A stretch of DNA of 64,000 nucleotides from Chrysomallon squamiferum (Eukaryota > Animalia > Mollusca), in contig CM022679.1 in assembly GCA_012295275.1 (NCBI GenBank), forward strand, positions 12,648,001 through 12,712,000, in the 5' to 3' direction. A model generated the notes under the pieces. It was not told the origin of the DNA. It saw nothing but the letters and a program-made list of their open reading frames with translations, and did no database searches. Both the position numbers and the translations under genes were made by a program. Positions 1 through 13,694 of the stretch are shown here, in pieces (position 1 is the first letter of the stretch; every line of letters starts with the position of its first letter).

Positions 1-606
1 CTATCTATCCATCTATCTATATGTCTGTCTGTCTGCCTGTCTGTCTGCCTGCCTGTCTGTCTGTCTATCTATCTCTCTATCTATCTACATATCTATCTAT
101 TTATTTCCCGTCATAATCACCATCATCATCATCATTATAATCTTTTTCATCATTACGTTTATCTATTTGCTATTTCTTAGAATGAACAACTAGAATTTAA
201 AGAAAATAAAAACAGAAAACATTTTTATTAAATGTTTGTAACTAACCAGTCGATTATTTTTCAAATTTACATTCACTGAAAGTATCATTTAAAAAAAATT
301 GTTTGTCTGTTTTCAGAATAAAAACAATGGTCAGCTAATATTTTGCCTTATGTCTTAATGTCGCCGTCCATTTTTATCTTCTATATCATGTAACAATTAT
401 TGATGTCTAATTTGTTTTGTGTAAAAACGAAGATGTACGAGAACTAATGTCGACAAAAACGAAGTCAAATCGTTGATTGTCGCTAATTTCCGTCTTTTAT
501 TTCTTACATCTTAAGGCATACATGCACTTGCAAATAACAGATTACGAAAGAAACATACAAGCATAAAAGAAATAACCAAAAAATGAAATCAAATATTTTG
601 ATTGTG

Positions 607-637
<31 letters not shown>

Positions 638-711
638 GTGTATGCATGTATGCATGTACGTATGTATATATATCCCTCTAGTAACATAAACCTATTGTTT
701 TACTATTTTAG

Positions 712-1588
712 GCGCTTTCAGATACGTCTACGAAAATTACTACGACGATGCTGATTGGTTCATGAAGGCTGACGACGATACTTACGTCATAGTCGAAAAC
801 CTGCGATACTTCCTATCCAGTCAGGACACGAATCTGCCGATCTATTTTGGACACAAATTCAAGAAAATGGTCCCCCAGGGGTACTTCAGCGGAGGTGCTG
901 GATATGTTCTAAGCAGGGAGGCTTTAAAAGTGTTTATAGAGAAAGGATCCAATCAGACGATCTGCAAACAAGATGGCGGCGCTGAAGATGCAGAGATAGG
1001 GAAGTGTATGGCCAAACTGGGCGTCATTGCGGGAAACTCAACTGACACGTTAGGCAGGAGCAGATTCCATTGCTTCGATGCAGAGACTCATCTGTTTGGT
1101 GGATATCCTAAATGGTATTACAACTACGACGCCTCCGGAGCTAAGCAGGTAAATAACCTAGATAATACGATGTGGGATAAATTTGTAACATATCGTTTTG
1201 GGGCTGAAGAGCTGTCACGTGTTAATCAGGTAATCGTTACGTCACTATTTATGTCGATTCAAACATGTCCGAAGATTACCGAGTCTGTGATTTTCTGATA
1301 GGGGTCTTGGGTTTCTTCGTGTATGTACGACAGAAGGCCACAATTATTGTTAAATGAGTATATTAGCCAATGAGTATCGTTGCCAAAGATTAGCCAAAAA
1401 AAAACGATATAGACCTATCTCTGGCGGAGAACCAGCGATATCCAGTCAGATGTTCGTCTGAGCTGTTCTACGCCAGAGAATACTCGGCTACTCAGCTAAT
1501 TTGTCATTTACAAAAATCATTGAAAATATTAAAACTGTTAAAATTAAATATTTATATATTTTCGTTATATATTTAGGTGAATGGATAT

Positions 1589-1619
<31 letters not shown>

Positions 1620-1840
1620 TCTATCTATCTATCTGTTTGTTTCTTTCTTTCTTCGTTTATTTATTTATTTATTTATTTATTTTATTTTATTTGTTATTTC
1701 AGGGACAAGAAAACATTAGTGATTATGCAGTTTCATTCCATTACGTTGGACCAATGAAAATGTACTCTATGGAACTCTTTGTGTATCATTTACGTCCCTA
1801 TGGCATTATATCTCGAGCGCAGGATCTTAATTTGCTATAA
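712..1840 (+). CDS. C1GALT1: Core 1 beta-1,3-galactosyltransferase (T-synthase, GT31) family; last two coding exons (712-1148, 1703-1840), 5' part outside the window
   Basis: Translation gives AFRYVYENYYDDADWFMKADDDTYVIVENLRYFL...YFGHKFK...GYFSGGAGYVLSREALK...AEDAEIGKC...DTLGRSRFH and, after splicing, SDYAVSFHYV...LFVYHLRPYG. These include the DDD and AED motifs. Boundaries: ttttag|712, CAG|gtaaat at 1148, tttcag|1703, TAA at 1838-1840. The family is often expanded, so this may be a paralog. Confidence 0.9.
1300..1500 (-). mobile_element. Decayed tRNA-head SINE-like fragment in the C1GALT1 intron
   Basis: GC-richer island in an AT-rich intron. The minus strand starts GTAGCCGAGT (A-box-like) and has TCGCTGGTTCTCCGCC (B-box-like) downstream. 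Recognised by resemblance only. Confidence 0.3.
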
Positions 1841-3494
1841 GAAGTTAAGAAGAGAAATAAATTATATACTTTTGTTGGCGTTTTATCCATGATTAATTAA
1901 TTAGTATTTCTTTTAGCTGTGTAAACTTTATACAAGATATATTAAACCCTGTTTAGAAATATTAGAAATAAAACATTAACAACGACCATTATGATGATGA
2001 TGATGACCTCCAAATAAATACTAAAATTAAAGACACCACAGAACAAATAATGTTTATTTAACTTTTACATAAATTAATAACAGTACACATGAATGAAAGG
2101 CTTTTGTTAACATTTATTAACAGATGCAGATGAATTACTTATGTTAAGACAGATATGAAATACAAAACAGTATCTAGATATCTGTTGTTTCTATTTTAAC
2201 TGAACCTTTTACTAAAAGCCATAAATATATTTCACATTCGTGCCATATCATTCAGTAGCAAACATAAGATTATATAAAAAAAATCTGGAATCTCTTGCTC
2301 TCTCCCTCTCCTCTGTCCTCCTCTCTCGTCTCTCTCTCTCTCTGTCTTTGATTATCACTGCATCTCTCTTTACCTCTCATTCTCTCTCTTTCTCTGTATT
2401 TTTATCTACCTATATGTATCAGTTTGTTTATATAGACAAACAAATACTTAGTGAAACAGACAGACAAAGAAAGATGTATACTCATATACTGAAATAAAAC
2501 ATTACGAACTATAAAACACCAACAGTTTCCCTTTTCCTTATAAACTTTTGTTCTTTTGTCTATGCAACAATACATAAAGAAGCTCTGTATTAAATAATTA
2601 TTCATTTATAAATTATAAATTTTTTATATAAACTCTCTGATAATTTCACATTAAGTTTATAACAATATCATATATCACCAACTTCTTACTGCAGACTATT
2701 GTGAACAAAGAGCGTAATTCCAAAAACGATGTTACAAAAATGACGAACATTTCACGCATTGAATTTGTAAGTATAGAGTTAACTTTTACGGTATGGAAAC
2801 TTAATTATTAAAAATGTTACGATGCAAATAATTATTATTCAGTTTTTTCAAATGCAAGTTGCCAAAAATGTCATTTGGATATCTGTTTGTATAGTTACAC
2901 ACGTATAAGCATAACACCTGAACACAATACCAATCTAGATAAAAATCGTTAGTAAAACATAAAGCAGTGAGGTTGCACCTACAGTATAAAAACATAAAAT
3001 GTGTACAGAAATTTGTGACTAATTTACTATTGTTCATTTGTCCGTCCAGTCATCTATTCACCTACCTGTAAACATATAATTATGCACAAACATGTATAAA
3101 AAAAACAAAATATCCATCTACCTATAACATTAATACAGATACACATTGATACATGCATACTAATAAATCCAGCGGCTATTAATGATCTGTAAATGAGTAC
3201 AACTCATTCAGAAAAGCCTTTGCATGCTCGACAATGAATCGCTAGTGAAGATGGTAAATAAATGTTACAGTTATCTTAATTAAGTCGTCAGTCTTTTCAT
3301 TTCACAGGCTCACAGGCTTGTTATGTAATTACCATGACATTACAGCTTACAGAAACAAAACAAAAAGAAGAAACAAAAAATATCGTGGCATTCTGTTATT
3401 CAGGCATAATTAAACGAAAGAAGCCAAAGACATGTTTTGTCCTATACATTATTCGGTTAGTGTAATAAACATATTTCTAAAAACGTTAAATCAT

Positions 3495-3540
<46 letters not shown>

Positions 3541-3606
3541 ATTTGCAACAGTTTGGATATAGTCTTTTAAAAAGTCAGGTTCATTTATTTGTCTTTTCCC
3601 TTCTTC

Positions 3607-3608
<2 letters not shown>

Positions 3609-3690
<82 letters not shown>
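3609..3690. repeat. (CT)n microsatellite just 3' of the 332-aa gene stop codon
   Basis: Uninterrupted CT run. It produces the spurious SLSLSL ORFs. Confidence 0.95.
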
Positions 3691-3694
<4 letters not shown>

Positions 3695-3702
3695 TTTTCT
3701 CC

Positions 3703-4701
3703 TTAGAACACAATTCCCCGTTCCTTCATGAACTCCATAGCTTTCAGTTCAATTTTCGGTTTCGCTTCTTTTGGCGTTCTGGGCGGCAGATGCAAAGATT
3801 CCAAATTTCCCACAACTGACTTGAGATCTAGCGGCGCGGAATTTGACTTGATAGGGCAGAGAGCATGCTCCAGATGAGAGTACCTTGGATCCTTTATCGT
3901 ACTTCCGAGCTGAAAACTATATTCTTTTTCTGGCTTCTTTTTCCCAAGCGAACTAGCCGATGAAACGTCACTGCCACCATCTCTAAGTACAGAACTGAAC
4001 GCTCGGGAAACTTCCGACATTACCGCCACAGATTTCACGGCTCTCGCTAACTTGGTCGCCGCCTGCGAAGGCTGGATGCTGCTGTCACTCGTTAATGTCT
4101 GCTGGCGAGGAAACAGTCCTGACTCAGAACGAGGCGCGCTGCTTCTCATTTCCGTAACTAACTCGGGTCTGAACGTAACGACTCGTGGTTTCTCGGTGGA
4201 CGAAACATTTCTTAGTTCCTTCGCTCGCTTTCGTCCGGTTTTCGGGGCCATTCTCTCCAAAAGTGCAAAACGGGCGTTTGTACGCGCTCTCGTCTGCGGT
4301 GCGGATTTGACACTGATGCTGCTACACACGTCGCTGCGACTGTCGCTGAAGCTGGGCGTTTCGAAAGAATGTCTTCGCGTGGCGTTCTCGGCCGCGGCCG
4401 AATAGTGCCGAACTTTGCCCGCTCGTTTCAGCATTTTGTCTATAAACATCTTTTTCTCGTATGCGTTCTGTAACAGAAATTTGTGCCTCTCTTTGGAGAG
4501 TTCCCACAACTTTGACCTCAGCATCCGCTCCTCCGTCACGTTGTCCGACAACCTTCCCGACATCCGCGACGGTTCGTGACTCGGGCCATGGACGTCCGAG
4601 TCTCTTTTAGCCCACGCCTCCATTTCTTTTGTCGCATTCGACTTGGTCGTTGTAAATTTGGATTTCATCCTTGCTGGTGCGCTTTTCGGTTTTGGACGCA
4701 T
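3703..4701 (-). CDS. Uncharacterised 332-aa basic, Ser/Arg/Lys-rich protein with one coding exon
   Basis: 1-kb stop-free ORF, much richer in GC and CpG than its flanks. A splice acceptor (tttgtacag|) lies directly before the ATG. It has a short coiled-coil-like segment (EERMLRSKLWELSKERHKFLLQNAYEKK) and a C-terminal KDPRYSHLEHAL motif. Candidate 5'-UTR exon donors on the minus strand near 5190, 6900 and 8280. Confidence 0.8.
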   Translation of the reverse strand: MRPKPKSAPARMKSKFTTTKSNATKEMEAWAKRDSDVHGPSHEPSRMSGRLSDNVTEERMLRSKLWELSKERHKFLLQNAYEKKMFIDKMLKRAGKVRHYSAAAENATRRHSFETPSFSDSRSDVCSSISVKSAPQTRARTNARFALLERMAPKTGRKRAKELRNVSSTEKPRVVTFRPELVTEMRSSAPRSESGLFPRQQTLTSDSSIQPSQAATKLARAVKSVAVMSEVSRAFSSVLRDGGSDVSSASSLGKKKPEKEYSFQLGSTIKDPRYSHLEHALCPIKSNSAPLDLKSVVGNLESLHLPPRTPKEAKPKIELKAMEFMKERGIVF

Positions 4702-6685
4702 CTGTACAAATGACGATTTAAATGAAACCAGCTTTTATCTTCTTGGTCAGATGAATAAATTTATTCTTCTGGTTTTTTTTTTTTGTTTTGTTGGGTTTTT
4801 TTATATCACTTTGATTTTTGTTTTCTATTCTTTTCTGTTATATTTTAATCTAGAAACTCTCTGTTTTATATTATTCTCTTTTTCGTTTTATTAATCCTAT
4901 TCTATTCACATTTTTTTTTTTTTTTTAAAAAAAAAATATTAATAAACGCTAACCTTCCAATCCTTGTCATAAAAATAGTAAAATTTTTCAGAACATCTAG
5001 CCTTGAGATGAATCACTAATTCTCAAAAAAAAAAAAAAAAAAAAAAACCCAGTCCCGCGTTAGAATAGCTAGTTTTATTTGAAAATTGTCTTCCAGAAGA
5101 ACGATAGTTTCCTGTAACAAATGGTACCGGATGAAGTATTTATTCAACACAAACTTTTTAAAAACCTTGTAAAAAAAAAAAACCACACACCTAGACCTTC
5201 TGTAAATGTGATACCGGGGATGAATAAATACCCTTCTGTTGTATAACCACTGACAGACTGGACGTGTGTCCTTGTTAACTGTCTACACCGCTGTTCGGCT
5301 GTCTGCCCCCTCTCCTGCCACCTCCTCCGAGTATTCTTAACACTGTCCGTTCGTTCAACGACTTGCACAAACCGAAGAAAGGCGGTTTTCCCCCCGATAG
5401 CTGCAACGCAGATAGGAAAGTAATCCCGTCGACGGATGGTTGACTAAGTTTTTGGTGACCAACAGCAAAACATCCAGCTCTGAAAAATAAACTCAGATCG
5501 TAAGTGGATTTATTTATTCCGCACAGATAATCTGTATCGTGCATGTAATAATGAGCTAATCGGATTAACCAACGCAATGCAACACCAGTGAGTTATTATT
5601 AATTCCACGTGTGCAGGTTACCGTGTGAACTTCAAAAGAAATTCAGATGGAAAACATTCTAAATGTCATAACGCACCTATGCTACGACGGCAGTGTTGTT
5701 ACGAGCAAAGGAAGTTTACATAAAAACAATACTTAATGAAAAAATATTCTGAGGTAACTCTTGGTTACTATAATCACTAAATTTCCATAGATAGATAGAT
5801 ACAGATTTACAGTAGTTGAGTATATAGGTACTGTTTGGGACATATTTATTTATATGAAAAAATCTTTTATTTCATTATAATATATTATCAGGAAAATTAT
5901 AATTAATCTACAGAAATATAAAGACATATTATTACATATTATTTTTCAGTATTTTCAGATTTAACTAAGAGAGTAATTACCATGAATGATTATACTGCAT
6001 CACCATTCATTTCTTTTCACTGGGTGTTTGTCAAGCACCAACCTGCATCCACATCGGGCGTGCTTAATCGAGTGTAATTAATCAAGCTTATTTTTCTTCA
6101 CTGATGTTAAAAAAGGTTAAACAAATAAGGAATTTGAAACAATCACGTAATTTGACAATATAGCATAACGACTTCGGCTTTTTAATGTCGCACTTGTTTT
6201 TCATAATCTGTATTACTCACTAGGGAGATTTAAACGTTTAAACATCCACCGAAGACCAGGAAAAAAACTGAATACGCGCATAAACATTATTTAGTTTTTA
6301 CATTATTTTGTATTTCAGCCTTTATAATGGTTAAATAAATACACACACACGCACGCACGCATATACACACACACATATATTTTTAAACCATTATAAATGA
6401 TTGATAAAGGCTAAAATAAATGTTATATATATATACATACACGACCGAAAAAACCAAGTTGGAAGAGACACATAAATTACTTTTATATACCACTACATCA
6501 TCTTAAACGTTGTTATTTAAATGTTGTCTTCTTTAATCCATAGAAAATTTAAATATTAAAACACTTTTCAAAGACCAGAAGAACCTTAATAAAAACTGAC
6601 AGATCAGTTATCTTTTTCCATGACTCAGCTATAACCTACTAATAATATATTATTTATTATAGTCTTTATATCTAAAAAGAAGTAA

Positions 6686-6718
<33 letters not shown>

Positions 6719-6814
6719 CTTTTTCCGTAAAACAAGAATACGATTGTAGCTTATGCATAATGTTCTGCATACTATTTTCTTATTAAAATATATATACAAT
6801 GTAGATAGATAGAC

Positions 6815-6845
<31 letters not shown>

Positions 6846-8492
6846 CAGATAGACAGACAGACAGACAGATAGATAGATTTTAATAAGAGAATACTTTACC
6901 TTCTTTATTTCACAGACTTTAACCCCAAGATCATTAAAATATTTCTAAGATCCTAAAACAAATCTGAACCACACAAATAAAGTATCCTTTCCTTACATCA
7001 AATGGACTCTGTTAATATCCTACGTTATTTATTCCCTAGAACATCACAATTTTCAAAAAGCCAATAACAAACCTGCGACGTATTTATAAGTTATCTTGTC
7101 CACGTATCAACTAGAGCCTATCAATATGATACATTCTTTATCACAGTATTATTACATACTGACAGAAAAATTTAAAATTTATCAAAGACCAAAATAACCT
7201 GGGCGATATTGTGCACATGCTATCTGTCCTGTTTATCACCTAACACTCATTAATATATCATCTCACCTTGTATATCACTAGTTTTAATCCACAGAGCTTG
7301 AAACACCTGTGGTATCTTATTTCCCAAACACAAGGGGACAAAAACAATGACTGACTGTTGACGCACGAAGTTTAGTTTTAACCTCGTATTAATTTCCTCT
7401 GTGTTGAAATCACATATATATGCATAGCCGTGTAAACGGTTCAATGGCTTGCAAAACCTCTCACACTGTGAACTTAAATACATACACACACACACACATA
7501 TATATATATATACTGTTTGTGTAATATGTGTGCACGTGTGTGAGTGGGCGTGTGGGTGTGCGCGTGTGTGCGTGTGTTGTCCATTCTGTCAGGTTTAGAT
7601 TTATTTTTAGCTGCTGATCTACATGTGATTAAGAACGCAAACAAAATCGTGTGTTTGTCAAAACAATGATAGTCTGTAGTGACAAATATTAGCAAATACG
7701 AATGCATGCTTATAAGTCCAATGCATGTGTGTGTGTGTATTGCTGTGTGTGTATGAGTACGTGTGTATTTATATGTATATCCAGTCTGTGTCAGCGTTTA
7801 ATTTTATAATTAGCTGTTATTCTGTGTGATCAAATATATATATATATATATATATATAAAATCTTGTTTATCAGAATGACAATAGCAATCTGCATTGACA
7901 AATAATAACAAATACGAATACAAACTTGTAAGTTAGATGTGTATGAGTCTGTACAATGCATGGGTGGATGTGTATGTGTCTCTCTGTGTGTGCGGGGGGG
8001 TGACACTAAAATCACTGAATCGTGTATGATATTGAAAAAAAAATGGTTATTGTGTTTAGGCTGTTTTTAATGTTTTTTAAATAAATATGATATAAGCCAT
8101 AATAGCAATTGATAATTATTAGTTTGTTAGTATATACTATATAGTATATCAATATATAAGGAACGTCAATGTGTGCTTCTATCTTCATTTATATTCTTTT
8201 AAATTTTAAACATATTAATTCAATAAATTATTATTACTATTATTATTTATTCATAATTATTGACTAAATTTATTCTTACCTTTTGCTGTTTTCACATGAA
8301 AACACCAGTTTATATATTTAAATTCGGTAGAGAAATTTGACGTCATAAATAATAAAGGATCGTTTTCACTGTGTGACTGTTACAATCGAATCGTAGTGCA
8401 AAAATTCAGAACCAAAACAACATTATTCTAAATTCAACCAATCAAATTGCAGTTAACGATAAGTCACGAGTTACGTCCCTTAATTTTTAATT

Positions 8493-8523
<31 letters not shown>

Positions 8524-9100
8524 TTTTTTTTTTTATTTGTTTTTTTTTATTTAATTTTTTTTTATTATTTTATTATTAATATTAATATTCTTAATTTTTT
8601 TGTTGCTACAACAAGTTGTACAAATCGACACGACAAGCAAAATAACAAATGACTCTAATAATACTATCAATAAAAAAAAAAAAAAAAAAATAAAAAGATA
8701 ATTAAAAAATAAAAGAAAATCTTGTATGTATTGTGATAAATGTTTAGATCAGGATTCGGTAGACCAGGATATCTCACGACCTGTCATGTCTGTGTCATTA
8801 ACTTACAACCGAAGCCCGCATTATTTTTATACCACTAAAATATATTATTTTTGTTTTTAAAGTCTTACGTTAGATACACGTCCATATATGCATACGTCTG
8901 AATATCATTACCTTGGTCGATTGTTTTTGAAAATGTGCAGCACATATGATCATCATAATGCTGGTTTGCAAGAACTTGGCTAAATAACTATATGTCATTT
9001 TTTTTCTTCTATTATTTCAAACGGTTGTCAGTTTAAAAGAATTAGAGATTAATCGTAAGCAAAATAATAATAATATCAACAACAACAACACCAACAAAAA

Positions 9101-9183
<83 letters not shown>

Positions 9184-10222
9184 AAATAAATAAATAAAAA
9201 TAAACAAAAAACAATAATCTGGTAAAATATGGCGTGTTAATTTAGACCTTTTGTTCGAAACATAAAAGGTATTCTTTAAGCTCTAAATTGCAAGCACATG
9301 TACACGGAACAAACCTCTTAAAGCCGCTTTAATGACTGTATTATTTCCTAATTCTGTCTTTTATGACATAGCAATATAAACATGTCGAACTATTCGGCAT
9401 GCCAGCGAGATAGGAAACTGTTTACGTAGAATGTGTTTTAATACCACATGGTGATAAAACTAATGCCTTTATGTATGTGTTTACTTTTGTGAGTGTGTAT
9501 ATGTGTGCGTGTGCATATGTGTGTTTGTGTGCATGTTGATTTCACAGTGAATGAATATTATTATTCTTAATAGTAGTAGTAGTAGTATCATGCTTTAAAC
9601 CTTATGCTTAAGAAAATATATTTATTCAGATCATTTATTATTATCATTCTTTTTTATTTTATATTTTCCTTTATTATTATTACAATTTTTATTTATTTAT
9701 TTTTTTATTTTTATTTTTATTTTTATTTTTATTTTCATTTTTATTTTTATGGTATTCTAAAATCAAGTAAAGAGTACAGATCAATTTGTGTCATCAGTAA
9801 TTTTAAGGATATCGGAGATATGTCACACACGGATTCTGGTCAGTATCATTCCCTGATGTCCCTGTAACCTACGTTATTTACGATTATTATCATTATTTTT
9901 AAATATATTTTCTTTCTTCATATATTTTAACATTTCTACCATGATCTGGTGTTTGTTATATGTATTCAGAGGATTATGTAACTGCAGAGGTGACAAGCAT
10001 GAATTAAAACATTATTTATGTACTTCTAAGTCAGACTAACCTTTGGTGAACTCGCCGATTAGTATGGACGGTTTATCTAACGTGAATCTTTTAAGAGAAC
10101 TACATCACAATAAATAAATAATATCGACTTTAAGTTATGTATATATATATATATATATGTATATGTATGTGTGTGTTTGTGTGTGTGTTTGTGTGTGTGT
10201 GTTTATATATATAAATACACAC

Positions 10223-10323
<101 letters not shown>

Positions 10324-12184
10324 AGAAACTGATACAGAAATTTTAGTCTTTTCAAAACTTAGCTTCTGTATAAAAGAATGTGATGAAAATAGATTATTCA
10401 TTGCAAAGCAATAAAACCAACAGAAATGAAAGATAGACTGATAAACAGATAGATAGCAAATGATTTAAGAGACAATAGCAATATGCGATCGTCTGAATGA
10501 TCAAGACACTATTTAATGAAATAATATTCAAACTGAGATTATTAAATTAAGCCAATATAATATAAATGAAGATCTTCCTTATTTGTTTAATTTTTTTACG
10601 ACTTCATTACACAGTATCAAAACACTACGGATGTTAGTGCAGGCAGCTTTTAATAAAATTATATTTTATGAAGAAACATAAAAAAAAAAAAAACCAACAT
10701 ACCAGCCCAAGATCTCTTTCACAGAAGTCATATACCACAATATTGACAAATGTTTAGCTCAACTATTTCTGAGTAATCACAGAACCAGAATAGCGTATGA
10801 TGCACCCAGACACGTTGGAGGTATATCATCCACATGAACAGACTGCGCTGTTAGTCCGTCAGCCAAAATATCCCTCACTCCAGTTGGATCGCCTTGTCAA
10901 TCAAAATCAGTTTTGCAAGAAATTTGATCAGCCTTAACACTTGGGCAGTTTGTGAATATTTTACTTCTTTTAAATCCACAAGTTATAATTATTTCGTTGT
11001 CACTTGTCGAAGAAGCCTGGTTTTATATTTCGTTTGTTAACAAAGTCCGGATCAGCAAAGTTACCCTTAGTTATGAATGTAGCGATTAACTGTAACCCCG
11101 CGCCAAAATTGGCTACCTTATCGTCTGCCATCCATGACGAAATCTTAAAGTGGGTTTAAACGCCGCTTTTGTTCGTGCCTAATTCAGATGAAATGATATT
11201 CGACTGTAACTGTTTTGAGCGTGTTTTTAACATTGTATTTTGATTGTTCTTTTATTCTGTTAAAGACAGACCAAAAGAAAATTAAGTTTATGTTTTGACA
11301 TGCAGCGATTTTATGTCTCAGTCTAAATTTAAAAAAAACTTCCATTAAAAAGTTTCTTTCTGTTGAAAATATTATTTTATTCCTTCTGTTTTTATGTCCT
11401 CTGTCAGTCTCTCTTGTTGCTGTGTGAATAAGTAGGTTGACAATGTAATTAAAATACACCTTGAAATAATGAAATTTGTTCAGTATTTCTGAAAAATGAC
11501 AATCATAAACGTTTTTACTTTCATATGGTGACATATACTGACCTGACGGAAACATTTTTATTTAGGTTGTCAGAAAAGGATTCGAACATGATACTTCTGA
11601 TGGGGTATACAATTTCAAACATAATAAATGAATTAAATAAAATTTTGAAATTTAAAAAATCATAATAAACTAAAATCTGTCTTTGAAAAGACGGTTATGA
11701 CAGTTAGATTTGAATAAATTAATGACATATATTTTTGATGTGTTAGTGTTTATATATATATATATATATATAAATAAACACAGACACATCAAAAATATAT
11801 GTTATGTGGTATTTGTATATGCTTGTCATGTGTATATCTATATGTTGTATGGTGTGTGTATATCACATTCTTTGTCATGTGTATCTATGCAGTGTGTGTA
11901 TATGTATATCACTGTGTATGTGTACGTTTAGTGTATGTGTATGCTGTGTGGTATATGTGTATGTGTCTGTCAGTGTGTATCTGAACGCTGTGTTTGATTG
12001 AGTTGTGTGTGTATGCGGATTAAAATAATCAACTAATCTTCACAAAATCTATTAATTAAATAAAAGAAAATTTATTATGAATTGCCAGAGAAATAAAATT
12101 AGAAATGTTTAATTAAATAACACTCTAAGCATATTTGAAAGTCTACGGTTATTTAGTATCACACATATTACTAATAATCATGCA

Positions 12185-12385
12185 CGTAATAAGAGAGGAA
12201 ACCCGTCACGGGATAGGTTACTCTTTTTTACAGTTAGCTGCAAGTGACCCGTTTATGCACCTACCACGACTTTTGATAAATTAATCACGTGACACTAGTT
12301 ACAGTTCCCCGTGGAGAACTGATCCTGTGTTGTACCATAGCCAAGCACTGGCTGCTCACAGATCTAACTGATAAGATCTCCCTTG
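12185..12385 (-). mobile_element. Decayed tRNA-derived SINE of a gastropod-type family
   Basis: Ordered motifs GAGAGGAAACCCG...TACTCTTT...TTAGCTGCAAG...TTATGCACC..TACCACGACTTTTGATA...GATCC... match from memory the reverse strand of an abundant gastropod SINE. Not checked against a library. Confidence 0.45.
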
Positions 12386-12797
12386 AAATAATTACTAACC
12401 TTAAATCTTTAACATCTATTATGGCCTTTTCTTATAAGTTTTGAAAATAAGAAATTTCAGCCTTTGATCAAACTTTGCGTTGAAGCGGTAATCATAATTA
12501 TCTCTAGAATTTATCATTAAAGTTAAATTTTGTTTCACAAACATGCAGTTACAACTGTTACTATATTAACGAGAAAAATATGTTATTAAATTTGTTGAAT
12601 AGTATGAGTAGCAGTGAACAAAAAAAGTTAGAATTAAAATATTCACGCTTGAAGACAATCTGAATGTCTGTTAATGAACGTGCAGAATTAATCTTGTTCG
12701 TTTGTTCAGTCTGCTTGGTTGATAAAAAAACACAACAAAAAACAATCAGATCGCCATTGTTATTTTGGGCTTCACTCCAACAAGCTAAGAAGAAGGG

Positions 12798-12845
<48 letters not shown>

Positions 12846-13694
12846 GCCTACATGACCAAAAGAGGTAGTTACAACGTAATCGTAATCGCAAATGCCCTTG
12901 GCGGATATAAAGCTTCATGCTGTAATGTACACTTTACAAGAATAAATAAATTATTAATAATAATCGCCAAGTGAATATGTAACTACATAACAACCAGAAA
13001 AGGTCAGACAGACTTTTGTTCATTAACCCGTAACTGCAGACTTTACCAGTTTCGTTTGGTTGTGTTTCTGCTCACAACTCGGCTACTTCTGCGCTTTGTC
13101 AGTGTGACGTAGATTGTCGTCTGCTCAGCAGTGGTCTGGCCAGGAAGAAATCTCCGCTTGTAAGTGTTACAAATCTATTTTATTGTGTGTGGCAGTTTTC
13201 AAAAGAAGCCTTTTTGTATTTTGTATTTTTCTTATTTATTTATATTTTTTTCTTTTCTTTTTTTAAACTTCGACTTAAATTTTCTTCAGCTGGATTATAA
13301 AAGGAAAATTGATCACTGTGTTAAAGTAGCTATACACATTTTTTTATGCAACAGATTGTTGTAACTCCTTGAAACATTGACGGTAGTATTAGAATGAATA
13401 GGCAATTACGCTGTTTTGTTAATGTCAAATGAGAATTACAATGTAATGCACACTAGTACGATCATAAATGAATAAATAAAATTGGTGTCAGTTGCTCCAA
13501 GTATTTGTTTATGCAATACGCCCTAAAGTTTGAAGCTTGAACTGAGAGTTAATTATAATTTTCCAAGTGAGATTTTGTGCCTTGTAAAACAAAAACTGAA
13601 ACAACAACGTCAAGTATAATAAATAAGCTAAATTAAATTCCTGATTATAGAGTTTGTTTTACTGAGCTGTATTATTTGCAGACGAACAGAAACA

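Noticed and set aside
4052-4405. 117-aa antisense ORF inside the 332-aa gene
   Set aside because: Antisense shadow of a GC-rich coding exon, with a non-ATG start and no independent support.
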